Source: Dipteris shenzhenensis (taxonomy: Eukaryota). Taken from it: DNA of 64,000 nucleotides. The position numbers and the translations under genes are program-made. Below, piece by piece: positions 1 through 11,517 of the stretch (position 1 is the first letter of the stretch; each line of letters begins with the position of its first letter). Under the pieces are notes generated by a model. It was not told where the DNA came from. It saw nothing but the letters and a program-made list of their open reading frames with translations, and did no database searches. The stretch lies in assembly GCA_047967505.1 (NCBI GenBank), contig CM106538.1. The stretch is one strand, 5' to 3'.

Positions 1-1056
1 AATGCACTTACACAAAGACTCAGCAAAAGCCATGCACTAAATAAGAAGTTGGTCAGTAAAGGATGCGCTAAATAAAAACTAGCTTAATAGATGTGAAGCA
101 TCATTAGCTTTTATTTTTGCAAAAGCAGCATGAAGCGACAAGTGCTAAGCGCTAAACTCTTGTTTTCACTAATGACCTAATAGAAAGCAAAAATTTCTTT
201 CATATGGTAGATAACCTTTTGTCCAAGTGATTTTCCCAATCAACTTTTTGGTCTGTTGAATGTATATAATCATCACTACAAAAGCATGTAGATTGAGCTA
301 CCTCACTCTTAACGAAAAGATTGAGACTCTACTTGACATTGATTAGATAAGTCGATCTTCGTCCCTAAAGATTGAATATGCTTGCAACAACGATCCTGCG
401 CTCTTGGTTTTTATGGATATGACTGGTAGGCGTTGGGTCTCCTCTTCATCTAAATTTTTGTGGATTCATGTAGTTAAAGAAGTTTGCTTTATGTGATTGA
501 GCCTCTTATTGCTCCATGTGGGAATGTGAAAGCGTGATACACCAGTGTGTTAAATCCAAAGGAATGCAAATACTAAGTGCAAGATAGTGTGATCAACTGG
601 TGGAGACTGAAAGGGGGAGGGCAATGCCATATCACTTGAGAAGCTTTTTATCATTAAGTCTAATTTTTCATTGCTTTTGCTTTTGCTTCAAATATTGTTG
701 ATTTTATAAAAGTATCATGAATCTTTTCCATCCTCATGTCCTAGATCAAGTTCTCTTTGGTTATGGGTGTTCATCTTGCTATCCAAACATTCTTCTACCA
801 GTTTATTGATAGCAGGAAGCAAAAAGAATCAACCATAACTTTCTTACTTGAAATCGGAATATAGTGATCTAGCCAATCAAAATAACTGGCGCATACGCTT
901 TGAACAAGCCATCACGGGCAATTTTCATCAATCATGATCATGGTGTTGATTCGCAATTCATCTTTGATAACTTTTGCATATCAACTAAAACCCTAGCGAT
1001 CAAGTAGTCAAAATGATCATAAAGATCTTCTCACAGTCACGCGAGAGCGTAGCCAG

Positions 1057-1342
1057 GCTTTGATACCATGTTGAGAGGAAGAGAAAGAGAAGAGAGATGG
1101 ACACAAGAGTTGCTCCCAAGGCAGGGATTCTATTCATAGATCATAGGCATATATATAGTTGAGGACTAGGCTGAGTTAGGGAAAGCTATATATAGCTCTA
1201 ACACCAAAAGACTTTACAAGGCTTGAATTGATGTGCACAATGCCGTGAAATAGCCAAATAGGCTTTACAATGATGGCATGTATGTGTGAAATCAAATAAT
1301 GTGCTATTTGCCAACTAAACAATCAATCAATGTCTTTGAACA
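1057..1342 (-). mobile_element. 5' LTR (1069-1342) and PBS of a minus-strand LTR retrotransposon; decayed internal region runs off the left edge
   Basis: GCTTTGATACCA at 1057-1068 (reverse complement of TGGTATCA(A/G)AGC, tRNA-iMet PBS) abuts TGTTGAG; the segment ends ...TTGAACA at 1342. Confidence 0.6.
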
Positions 1343-3666
1343 CTCTGAAGTCTTCTCACTGAACTGTGGAATGTCAGGCTTCACGTAATATGATGATGAG
1401 AAACTGCATGTGAGTGTGCTGGGATTGACTCTGAGTATGAACTATTTAGGAATTTTTGGCATGGCTTCAATTGGCTGCTTTTGAGTTCTCTCCGCTATGG
1501 ATGATATAATCTACTCTAAACTAGATCTAGACCAACCGTCGAGTGATGAAAAAGCAACAAATAATTCCTTTTCTTTGTTCGTTTTAGGTGCTGGGTGGTC
1601 AGATGCGTCGATTAGAGGCTGATGTGCGGATTTGTCGCCTGCACCTCAAAATGTGCACGTGATGTGGAGCGCATAGTTCTTTTTGGAGCGTCCTCAAATT
1701 CTTCTTGGATCAAGAGATACGACTTGATGTAAGTGGACAGGCAAAAAGGGTGCAAATGTGCTCAGTGATGATGTGGCACTTAGGATGTCACATGCAGTGA
1801 CTGTGCCTAGCAATGGGTATGCCTGTGGAGCACTCTGATGATGTGGTAGGTGTGGTCACATGTAGTGTGCACAGTGTTCTTGGCAGGAGGTAGGGGTGCC
1901 TAGCTGGCATTGTTGATTGGGTAGCTGAGGTGGCAGGTGATTGGGCTTGTTGAGGTGGCGGCGATGATGTGGCTTTGCTTACATGGTTGATGACATGGCC
2001 TGGGCCTCACGTGTTGATGTGGCACCATGGCACACTTTGCTGACGTGACAATCTTACCCAATCTTCCATGAGGAGGATTAGTTGGGTGACGTGTCCTATG
2101 TGACATGGTAGATAGTGGATGTTGACACGTGTCAATCTAGGAACCCACTAGCCTTGAGGATAGGGTTATTAGAATCTAATAAGATTTTGTCACGAATCTA
2201 GGGATTCCATCCACAAAATGTCTGTTGAGTCCCACTCGTGGAGCGTTTGCATCGTTCGGGTTTGCTGTTGAGCATTTAGCCATCTAGTTTATAGATGCAT
2301 GCGGTAACTGTGCATCCGTTTGGCTGGTGATGTGTTTGGAGAGATGCAAGCGTGGCCGATGTCGACCGATTCTTTGAGCCATCTATTGACTGCGTGGTCG
2401 AAGGCGCGTAGGTGACTGGCTGTCCATGAAGAAGAAGGCGCAGCAATGGTAGTTGCTGTGCCTAGTAAAATGGGCCGTTGGAGGCTCGTTGGATGGAGAA
2501 GTCTCGTGAGCGGCGTCGACGACTATGGCTATTCGGGACTATGGCTGGAGCTAAGCTCTAGATGAGAGTGCAAGGTAATCGTCCGGGCGTAGCTTTTGAC
2601 CATGTTGTTGCTGTTGAGGCTATGGCGGAGGCGTTGTTTTTGAAGGCGTTGCTTTAGTTGCTGTAGGTTTAAGCTGACCTGGGTCGCTGGAGCCGTGGAG
2701 CAGGTGTTGAGAGTGGAGCTTCAGCCCGTGTCGCTGTAGTCGCTTGCTGTTGACGTTGCCTCAGAAGGTAGCTATTGGGATCTGCAGACGTTCAAGAAGC
2801 AAGAGTGCGGGCTCATGGGTGCTGTTTGCAGTGGTCTCTTCGGAAGCTATCTGGCTCAAGCCATTGCGCTATTGGCTCAGTGTTGAAGGAGTTTGGTGCC
2901 GGGCTTCTCATTGGAGTCACCGATTGATGAGAGGACTCACTCTGTGTGGGCGTTTACACCCGCCCAATTTTCTGCAGTCTACTTTGGTGTTTCGTCGCTA
3001 TAAGAGCTTGATAGAATCGCCTACTGGACCTCGTTGTTGCGGTGCGTTGTTGCGGTGTTGCTTGCTGTGGGCTCGTCTGTCAGTGTGAGCTCCTTACTTG
3101 CAAATGAGTCGTTGTAGAGCCGTGGATGCTACCAGTCGTGGTCGAGAGGCTTTGCTAGCTAGTCGACCGTTGGTATGTTATGGCGCATTTTGCCAGCTCG
3201 TTCGCAGGATGAGTTGTGGCTTGTTTGCGGTTGTTGTAGCTTTGCTCCAAAGCTCTTTCTCTCACACAAAGTCTGACCAGATAGAGAAACTATAGTCGAG
3301 ACTTCTTCACAGCAGCTCTCTATTTCAATTTCTCACAGAGGTCTCTCCCTCTCTTAAACATCATGAATGAAAGATCTCTCAGATTTAGTTCTCAAGTATA
3401 AGACTAGACTCGAGAATTTTCTCAAAGGGAACAAAACAAGTCTCCCTCTCGGTGAAGAAGACTAAATACTCTCACTCTCTTGAAGCGGAAATTCCTCGAA
3501 GAAGTAAAGAACTCTCAATGGAAATGCATGGATGGAAATTTTCTTGGAATGAATGGAAAGTTTGTTTCATCAACGGAATGAAAGGATGGAAGCTCAATTT
3601 CTCAATCACTCTCGATCTATCACACTCTCTCATACGGATTGCAATGCCTTAATGGAAGGCAAGGGA

Positions 3667-3908
3667 GCTCTGATACCATGACAAAATATGAAGAGGGGAG
3701 AGGAGAAGAGTGGAGATGAGGAGAGAGGGCATAGCTAGAGAGCACACCACAAATGACTAGCTATACACTAGATTTAGTTGAAAATGTAGAATATATACTA
3801 ACCCTTTTAGGGTTAGGGTTAAGGCATCTAACCCTTTCCTTTATAGCACTCTATTGGGTTAGTGCTATGCACATATGATCACATTATGTCGAGTGTGGTT
3901 TCTCAACA
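3667..3908 (-). mobile_element. 5' LTR (3679-3908) and PBS of a second minus-strand LTR element; internal region ~1343-3666 has no recognisable ORF
   Basis: Perfect GCTCTGATACCA at 3667-3678; on the minus strand the LTR reads TGTTGAGA...TTTTGTCA. Confidence 0.65.
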
Positions 3909-4599
3909 CACTCATGATAAAATTTCCAAAGGAGTTATTCATATTATATAAGAGATGATTACAAAAGGATGCCTTCATGGCGCACATAGACATTCTTCAC
4001 TACTCTCCCCTCTCCAATGCACTCATTAAGTAAGAACTCATGATGCAATCTCTTTTGAGGCTTGTACAATGCAAAATTACTATTTTTTGATTATTTACAC
4101 CTTCACACTTAGTTCAAGAAGGCCATGGACCTTCGATTACCAAAGGGATGCCTTGAAGTCTAAGCTTTTCAACATCATTCGCTAGATAGCAAAGTTGTAT
4201 CTTAGCTAGGTCCCTCAAGGCCCAACATTTAGCTAGAAACAAGCCTAAACCATGCCCTACACTTTCTTTTAGCTTTTTCTTCAATGCATAGTAGAGACTA
4301 GAATTTCACCTAACTTTAAGTGCAACCAACTACATGTTGGAATTTACTGCGGATGACGAGTCTATTAGAGTAGAAATTATTGATTGGGAAAGAAGCCTCA
4401 CACTGGACCGAAAGCAAGTATCTGCAAGACCCAGCTTATGCTCCTCCAAAGCCATTTCCATGGTTAGTGCCAGAATTGTATGCCAGTATGAATACCCATC
4501 CAAATTCCTGGGGTGCATGGGCACTGGACTCAAATTGTTTTGTTGTTGGTTGGTAATTTAGAGAAATTACCAACTTTCTCATAGATGCTACAAGATTTG

Positions 4600-7020
4600 G
4601 TGATATTGGTATCTATATTCATCCTATAATGGCATAATTTGAAAATGTGCAATTTGTGCATAGGCAAATATCTTTTAATAAATCCAACACTATTTACAAT
4701 TTGTATTAGCTATTTTCCCATGTAATCCCTTGCTATATGGCTCATAAGCATGTCAAACATCATTGCATTTCATAACAAAATCAACTTGATAGCATGCCCT
4801 TTGGCCTAATTGTATTTTGAAGCAATTTGCGCCACATTAAACTTGCTTTAAGGAAACTAGTATATCCAATTTTGTTAATGTGTATCACCAGAGGGGGAAT
4901 TTCATAGCGGCTGAAAATTTTTCTGTCCCCATGCACTTTCTAAAAATTTGACCTCTCGCCTTGCAAATCTTTAAATATGAAAGTACATCCTCTTCCTACT
5001 GCCCTGCAAAGTACAACCTCCTTCTGTTGTCCTACAACTTGCCCCATGCATAATCAGCATGACGTGACCTTGTTCTTTTTGTTTGGCATTATCTTCCTTA
5101 CTCGGGTATGTCTTCTATTCTTTGCTTGCCTTAAAAGATAGCTGGCCTCTATTTTGGTGGTGGTTCAATGATCATCTCCATGGCACCAATGGCAAGATGC
5201 AACTTGTCATGGCTTGCAAGAGAACGAGACAGAGGCTACGAGATAGGACAACAATGTAAGTTTAAACTATATCACCAAGAAGTGTTGGTGAAGGAGCACA
5301 AACCACGTAAGTTCCAATTATTGCAAAACATATGTTTGGGACATTCTAAAATCATGGCAATTTGTGATTGGTGATTTTAAACGTCCTTGTGACATGCACA
5401 AATAAAGGCCAAAGTCTTGGTCAAGACACAAGGAATAGATTGCAAGGCGAGGAAAGAAATGGCACGATATTGGAACAGCAATTGAAGACACTTTTGCAAT
5501 GTCTACAAAGGGAAAAAAAAAAGAGAAGAAAGAAGACTTTCTCATAGAGTAGCATGAAGTGATTGCAGATGCACACATTCGATCATTGCCATCGGAGCTT
5601 AGAACACGAGCGATGGTCTCATAATTAGTGGGAGCATTCGAGGCAGCAACATTAGGCCATTCAAATGAACATCAGTATCGAGTATTCTCAAGATTCAATC
5701 TGCACACTAAAATTCATCTAGTGATAACCCTACCAATACCTCGGGAGATGCACGTCTAAGAGATGCTCTCAAACCTAAGAAATGGACTACAAAAAGTGAA
5801 AGAGGTGTATAGTTTAGATCAAGTAGTAGAGGGAATGCAGAGCAAAAGCATTGCAGGATCATTCCGATCCAAGAAGTCTTCAGGCTTCAACAAAATGCAA
5901 GAAAAGGAGGGACATCCTAAGTGCGGAAACTATTAATTGAGTGAGAAAATTTTGGCACCATAATACAAGAGCTTCTCCAAATAAGAAAGACATCTACAAA
6001 AGCGGATGAGATGCAAGCAATGGCATGAGCACATCATACACATGCCTGATATAATGCAGGTTAGTGGTTGCCTAAACCAACCCAATGGTTGTTTTTGATT
6101 GAGTTTTGGAATAGTTTATCTGTTTAATTTCTAAACTGGTTTGGCTTGGACTTAGTGTGATGATGGTTGGAACATCATGCAATATATCACCGTGTTGGTT
6201 TAGGTCAAATACATGTTATGTGATGTGTCCTAAACCAACATGATTGAACATCAATATATTCTACAATAGAAAGAAATATCAATATATTATTATTTTCTGA
6301 TTGATGACTAGCCCGATGGTCGAAATTATTGTGTTTCCTAGTAGTTAAATATTAGATAAGTTCAATTTTTGGGCTGGTTTGGGTCATATACTAGTTAATT
6401 TCTAAACCTGGCTGGCTTGGACTTAATGTGATTGTCCTAAACCACTCCAGTGGTTGGAACATCATTTATTAATATATCATCGAGCTAGTTTAGGTCAAAC
6501 GGGAGTTATGTGATTATCCTAAATCAACATGGTTGAAATAGAAAGCTAGCTTGGACTTATGTGATTGTCCTAAACCATCTCGATGGTTGGAATGTTATGT
6601 GATTATCCTAAACCATCTCAGTGGTTATGTGATTGTCCTAAATCAGCGTGGTTGAACATAAATTTTAAAAAATATATTTTGCAACCGAAATAATTGATGA
6701 CTAGCCCGGAGCTTGGAGTTTTTGTGTTTCCCAATAGTTCAATTAGTTTGTTTTAGTACAGTTAAATTAGTTTCATTTTAATTTTTGGGCTAGTTCGGGT
6801 CATACATGGGCTGGCTTGGATTGCGATCATCCAAAAATAGCCCAATGGTTGGAACAACAATATATAATTGAGCAGAGTAATGTTATTGTCATTTAGTTAT
6901 TTAAGTTTTAGGTTGGTTCGAGTTAGGTGATTGTCCTAAGCTAGCCCAGTGGTTGGAACAATAATATATCACCAAGTTGGGATAGGTTAGGCACCAGTTA
7001 TGTGACTATCGTAAACTAGC
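4600..7020 (+). mobile_element. Partial Sola2-like element copy: 5' region, decayed transposase exon 1 and intronic repeat array
   Basis: Collinear similarity to ~22220-24300 (e.g. TTTTAATAAATCCAACACTATTTACAAT; GATCATTGCCATCGGAGC; GAGCACATCATACACATGC); donor CAG|GT at 6060 matches 23595. Confidence 0.7.
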
Positions 7021-7077
7021 TATGTGAAATTTTGTTTTGTAGTATTGTAGGTATTTGTTCCATTCCTTACTAGTTCT

Positions 7078-7320
7078 ATGAGGGTGTTCTTAGATGACTT
7101 CAAGTATTTGCTCCTATGAGAATGTTCTTAGATGACTTTAGTGTCTTTGGCAAAAAATCAGAACATCTGCACCATCTCACACTATTTTGGGAAATGACAC
7201 TCATCAAGGTTCAGTTTAAATCCATACAAATGTGCATTTGGGGTGGGAGTGGTTTATGGAAAGATTTCACAAAAAAAAAAAGACATTGGAGAGGGTTCCA
7301 AGAAGATCTAGCAGAAACCT
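7078..7320 (+). pseudogene. Gypsy reverse-transcriptase fragment
   Basis: MRMFLDDFSVFGKKSEHLHHL (F/YxDD motif) followed by LNPYKCAFGV-like residues in another frame; the GTTCTTAGATGACTT stretch is tandemly duplicated. Confidence 0.6.
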
Positions 7321-8189
7321 AATCTTGTTTTAATTTTGTTGCCAAGAAGCATAGTGTATGCACTATCTTGTTCCTCAAGTCGGAGAATGACAATTAATTA
7401 AAGTAAGTCGGACCCTCAATTGTGATCTGATATCCTTAAATAATTGCCAAGGGTTGTACTATCCTCTAATCTACCATTTCAAGCATAAATGGTGCAAGTT
7501 TAAAGCTAGATAGGTTCAATTTTAAAAAGAGGGAGTTACAAAGCATGTTGATACCTAATTCACTACTTCTGAGAACAAATAATTTTATAATTGGGTTTTT
7601 GAACTGAATATTAATGGCAGGGACCTTACACTAAAACATCTTCTTCTTGAGAGTTATAGAATTCTGGATCCTAACTTTCTTTTGCTTCATTTGTCTACTC
7701 CTTTATTGTCATTATTAATGTAATTAGATCCATTAACTTAGCACTTAACTGATTATGGAATGCTAGTACTAGATTTGCTCAAGTCACATATTCAATGAAG
7801 CTTTTAGTAGGGCTAGAAATATTTCATTGCAAATATTGATTGACTCATCTTTTGGTTATTTTCTTCTGGTGCATTTTTCTAAGTCTTGGAACTAGATGGA
7901 AATCTAGATGTTTGCCATATTAGGCTTGAGGATGATCAAAATTATTTACCTCTTTGTTGTTTTGGATCTTTTTAATTTCTTCTTGAACCCTAATTTATAT
8001 CTGATTTTGATCTTGCCAATGTACTGTGATCTCCAACCACCTCATTCTCAATGTGACCAACACTAGCACATTGGCCGATCGACTGAACCGTTGAAGGTTT
8101 CATTTCTTCCAAACAAAGAAGAAGCACATCTAAGCTAGAGAGCACATGTTAGATGGAGGGATTCTAAACCAAAAGGTGATAGTTTGAGG

Positions 8190-8190
8190 G

Positions 8191-8289
<99 letters not shown>

Positions 8290-8320
8290 GTGTGTGTGTG
8301 TGTGTGTGTGTGTCACTCTC

Positions 8321-8361
<41 letters not shown>

Positions 8362-8378
8362 TGTGTGTGTGTGTGTGT
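8190..8378. repeat. Compound microsatellite (CT)n(CA)n(CT)n(GT)n(CT)n(GT)n
   Basis: Directly visible dinucleotide runs. Confidence 0.95.
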
Positions 8379-9299
8379 CGCCCTCTATTTCTTCTTTGTT
8401 TTTGACTATTTACCTCTAGATATGATTTTTACAAACTACAACAGGTGAATGTTCTCTCTCTCTCTCTCCTCTTCTTCTTTTTTGAGTTTTTCCTTTGCAT
8501 GTGACTTTTATATATGACTGAACTGTAGCTCTATTTTTAAATAGAAGCAAACATGTCTCCAAAAAAAAATGTGAGGTCGGGAGGAAAGATCAACGAATCC
8601 AAGAAAGAGCCTCAGATCCTATCTCCAACAAAGAGAATTATAACAAAGGAAAAGGGGAAGGGCAAGCCACCTCAAACCCTATCAATTACAATTGGGGTGA
8701 AGCATGGGTGGAAGTTAGTCCTTAAAGCTAGGCCAAAAGTCTAGCAGGACATGGAGCAGTGGATGCAAGACACCTGGGGCACCCAGGACAAGGTAAGCCA
8801 ACGAGGCTATCACATTAGAATTCTCAAGTAAGATTTCTATGAAGACTTTATTTTTGTTTATAGAAGGATATACCAGACTTTATTTTTGTTTCTAGAAGGA
8901 TATAGCAAACTAGAACAATCATGAACAATGAGGTGGCACTGTAGTGGCTTGAGCTTATGTAGCATCATCTATTCATGCCACTGAGGTGGATTGACACAAA
9001 TTTTCCCACCATTGAGAAACTAATGTGAGGAGTGCTAATCAGGACAACACCTATATCAAATAGGAGAATGTTGCAGGAACCCTATTGGAAGGCCTTACAA
9101 AGGAACATCCTATGAAGAGGGACCTGAGTACTATGGTGTGAGACATCGACTAAGGATTAGCAAGTGGTCTTATCTGATTGGAAGAGAACGGTGGGGGAAG
9201 AGAAACAAATATTGATGTCAAAATTAGAAATGGTTGTTGCTACATGTGAGTCAAAAGCCACAAAAGACATCAACTCAATAAAACACACAGCCAACTAAG

Positions 9300-9661
9300 T
9301 GTTGAGATATCGAGCTCCACTCGTGATATGCCAGGGTGACCGTTGTGCATTTGTCACCGACTTGTTAGCTGCAGATGCGGTTGGTACACTGCCCATGAAT
9401 AATAGCTAGATGACAGCTATCCTTATGTACTCTAATTCATGGCTCAGTTAGTACGCCACCTTAGTTAGTTGAGTTTGGTTTGAGACCCACATATAGGGTT
9501 CTTCTATTTCTTTGTACTAGAATTCTTTTGGCTTTCACAACTAAGAAGAGAAAAACTATTTTCAGCCTCCACCTTTGTGTGTATTCCCCCATTGTGTATG
9601 TGAGAAAGCTGCAAGTTAGACTCCTTCCCTCTCTCCCACTATCTTCACATGGTATCAGAGC
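9300..9661 (+). mobile_element. Copia 5' LTR (9300-9649) and tRNA-iMet PBS (9650-9661)
   Basis: TGTTGAG...TCACA immediately followed by TGGTATCAGAGC; gag lies downstream. Confidence 0.85.
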
Positions 9662-10192
9662 TTGGTTCATGGTAAGGAGCTCAACAAAGCAAACCAAGTT
9701 CGCGGTGTCCTGGTAAGAGGACCAGTGTTGCTTTCCTTTTTCGAGTTTGGGAGCAAATCTCTGCAGGTAGCACAGCCGAAAGTGCAAGAGTACACTGTCT
9801 CAGATTGAGACGCTCTTCGTGGTGTGGCGAGAGGGCAGTATATGCTGCGGGACAGGGCAAAGCCCTAGGTGACTTTATTTTTCTTATTCGAGGCCATTTC
9901 GGGGCCCGTTTTGAAGACAAAAGTTCTTCGCAGGCACTCAGAAAAAGGCCCTATTTTTGCTGTGTGACCATTGCTTTGCAGGTCGGTGAAAAGTTGCCGC
10001 AAAAATTGCATCGTATGCCTGTGCGCAGAGATACTAGGAGTTACAGAATCATCCTTACTACCTGTTGATGCAAAATCATCACTAGGAAGTGACTGTGTGG
10101 TCAAATAGCACTTTCGTCAGTTTTGCAAATTTGCCCGTGTGATGCAGAAGCTGTGTTCTTTGCAGTGACAGAATATTTTGCAGTGTTCTATA

Positions 10193-11517
10193 ATGGCGTC
10201 TGATTCTCTTTCACAGATTGTCACTGAAAAGCTTGACAAGAACAACTTCCAAGCATGGAAGTTTAGAATGACGAATTTCCTTGCGGGAAAAGGCTATTGG
10301 GAGTTCATTATAGGAAATGAAGAAGAACCAGTTCTTCCTAATGTTCGCAATCAACAGGAAATGCAAGCATTTAAAGGATGGCATGAGAGAGCCAGAAAAG
10401 CTATGTACTGGCTGTCTATCAGTATTTCGGATTCTATGATTGTGCATATTCAGGATGCAAGTATGCCAAAGGAGGCATGGGATACTTTGGCAAAAATGTA
10501 CAGCACAAATATGCAAGCCAGGAAAATGCAGCTCAAGCAGGAGTTGCACAATGTGCAGAGGGAAAATATGAGCATGAATGACTACCACATGAAGGTGAAG
10601 AAAATTGCAGATGCACTTGCTTCCATTGGGTCGCCAGTGGAAGATGATGATCTAGTTTCTGTGACCTTGAATGGTCTAAGAAAGGATTATGCACAGTTTC
10701 GGACATCCATTGCCGTCCGTGAAAAATTTCCTGATTTTGAGGAGTTCTTTGCTCTTCTAATTTCTGAAGAGTAGAGAAATGGTGGTGCATCTTCTTCAGG
10801 AGGAACTTCAAAAGAAACTATCTTCTACTCAAATGCTGGAAGAGGTAGAGGTAGAGGTAGAGGAGGCCGATCTGGAGGCCATGGTAGAAATCAAAATATG
10901 CAGCAAACTCAAGAAAAACAGTCCTTTGGAGGAGGACGTGGTAACTCTAGAGGCAGGGGGAGCCAAAGAGATCGTGGTGGATGGCAGAGAGGCCAAAATG
11001 CAAACAACAAAGTTGAATGCTACTATTATGGTAAAATGGGTCATATGGCTAAAGACTGCTACAAAAAGCACAACGACATTATGAATGGAAAATTGCAGCA
11101 CGGCAATTATGCATCTTCTAGTAGACAGGGTGATGATAGAAATGAGCATCTATTTATGGTGTAGCACATGACCAATTCTGTGACAAGTGTAGAAGAGCGA
11201 AATGATGTGTGGTATGTTGACTCAGGTGCGTCAAACCACATGACAGGTCATGCAGAATGGATGCAGGATGCAAGGAAAATGAAAAAACCAGGATTTGTGG
11301 AGACTGGTGACGATACTACACATCCTATTGTGCAGATTGGTAAAATTCCTTTGTTTATGCAAGATGGGAAAAAGAAATACCTGTCTAATGTATTTCATGT
11401 CCCAAATATCACCAAGAACCTGGTTTCTATTGGTCAAATGGTTGAGCAGGCCGACTTGTAGGTCAGATTTAATCCTCATGGATGCTTTGCTGAGGATATG
11501 AAAAATAAGGGTTGCTA
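10193..11517 (+). pseudogene. Copia gag-pol 5' part (Gag, CCHC knuckle, protease), three in-frame TAG stops, truncated at ~11517
   Basis: One frame: EKLDKNNFQAWKFRM (Copia Gag N-terminus), Gag_2-like WDTLAKMY..RKMQLKQEL, CYYYGKMGHMAKDC, protease WYVDSGASNHMT, HVPNITKNLVSIGQ; stops at 10772, 11162, 11459. Confidence 0.92.

Noticed and set aside
3805-3823. Interstitial telomere (TTAGGG)
   Set aside because: Only 2-3 units inside an LTR
4040-4560. Possible LINE 3' fragment
   Set aside because: Only a vague Cys/Trp pattern; not supportable
8184-8405. ORFs over simple or motif repeats (also 41389-41742, 44695-45132, 61346-61863)
   Set aside because: Low-complexity translations of microsatellites or subterminal motifs
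10772-10774. Programmed stop-codon readthrough in Copia
   Set aside because: Three scattered TAGs inside domains fit mutation better; typical Copia gag-pol is one frame
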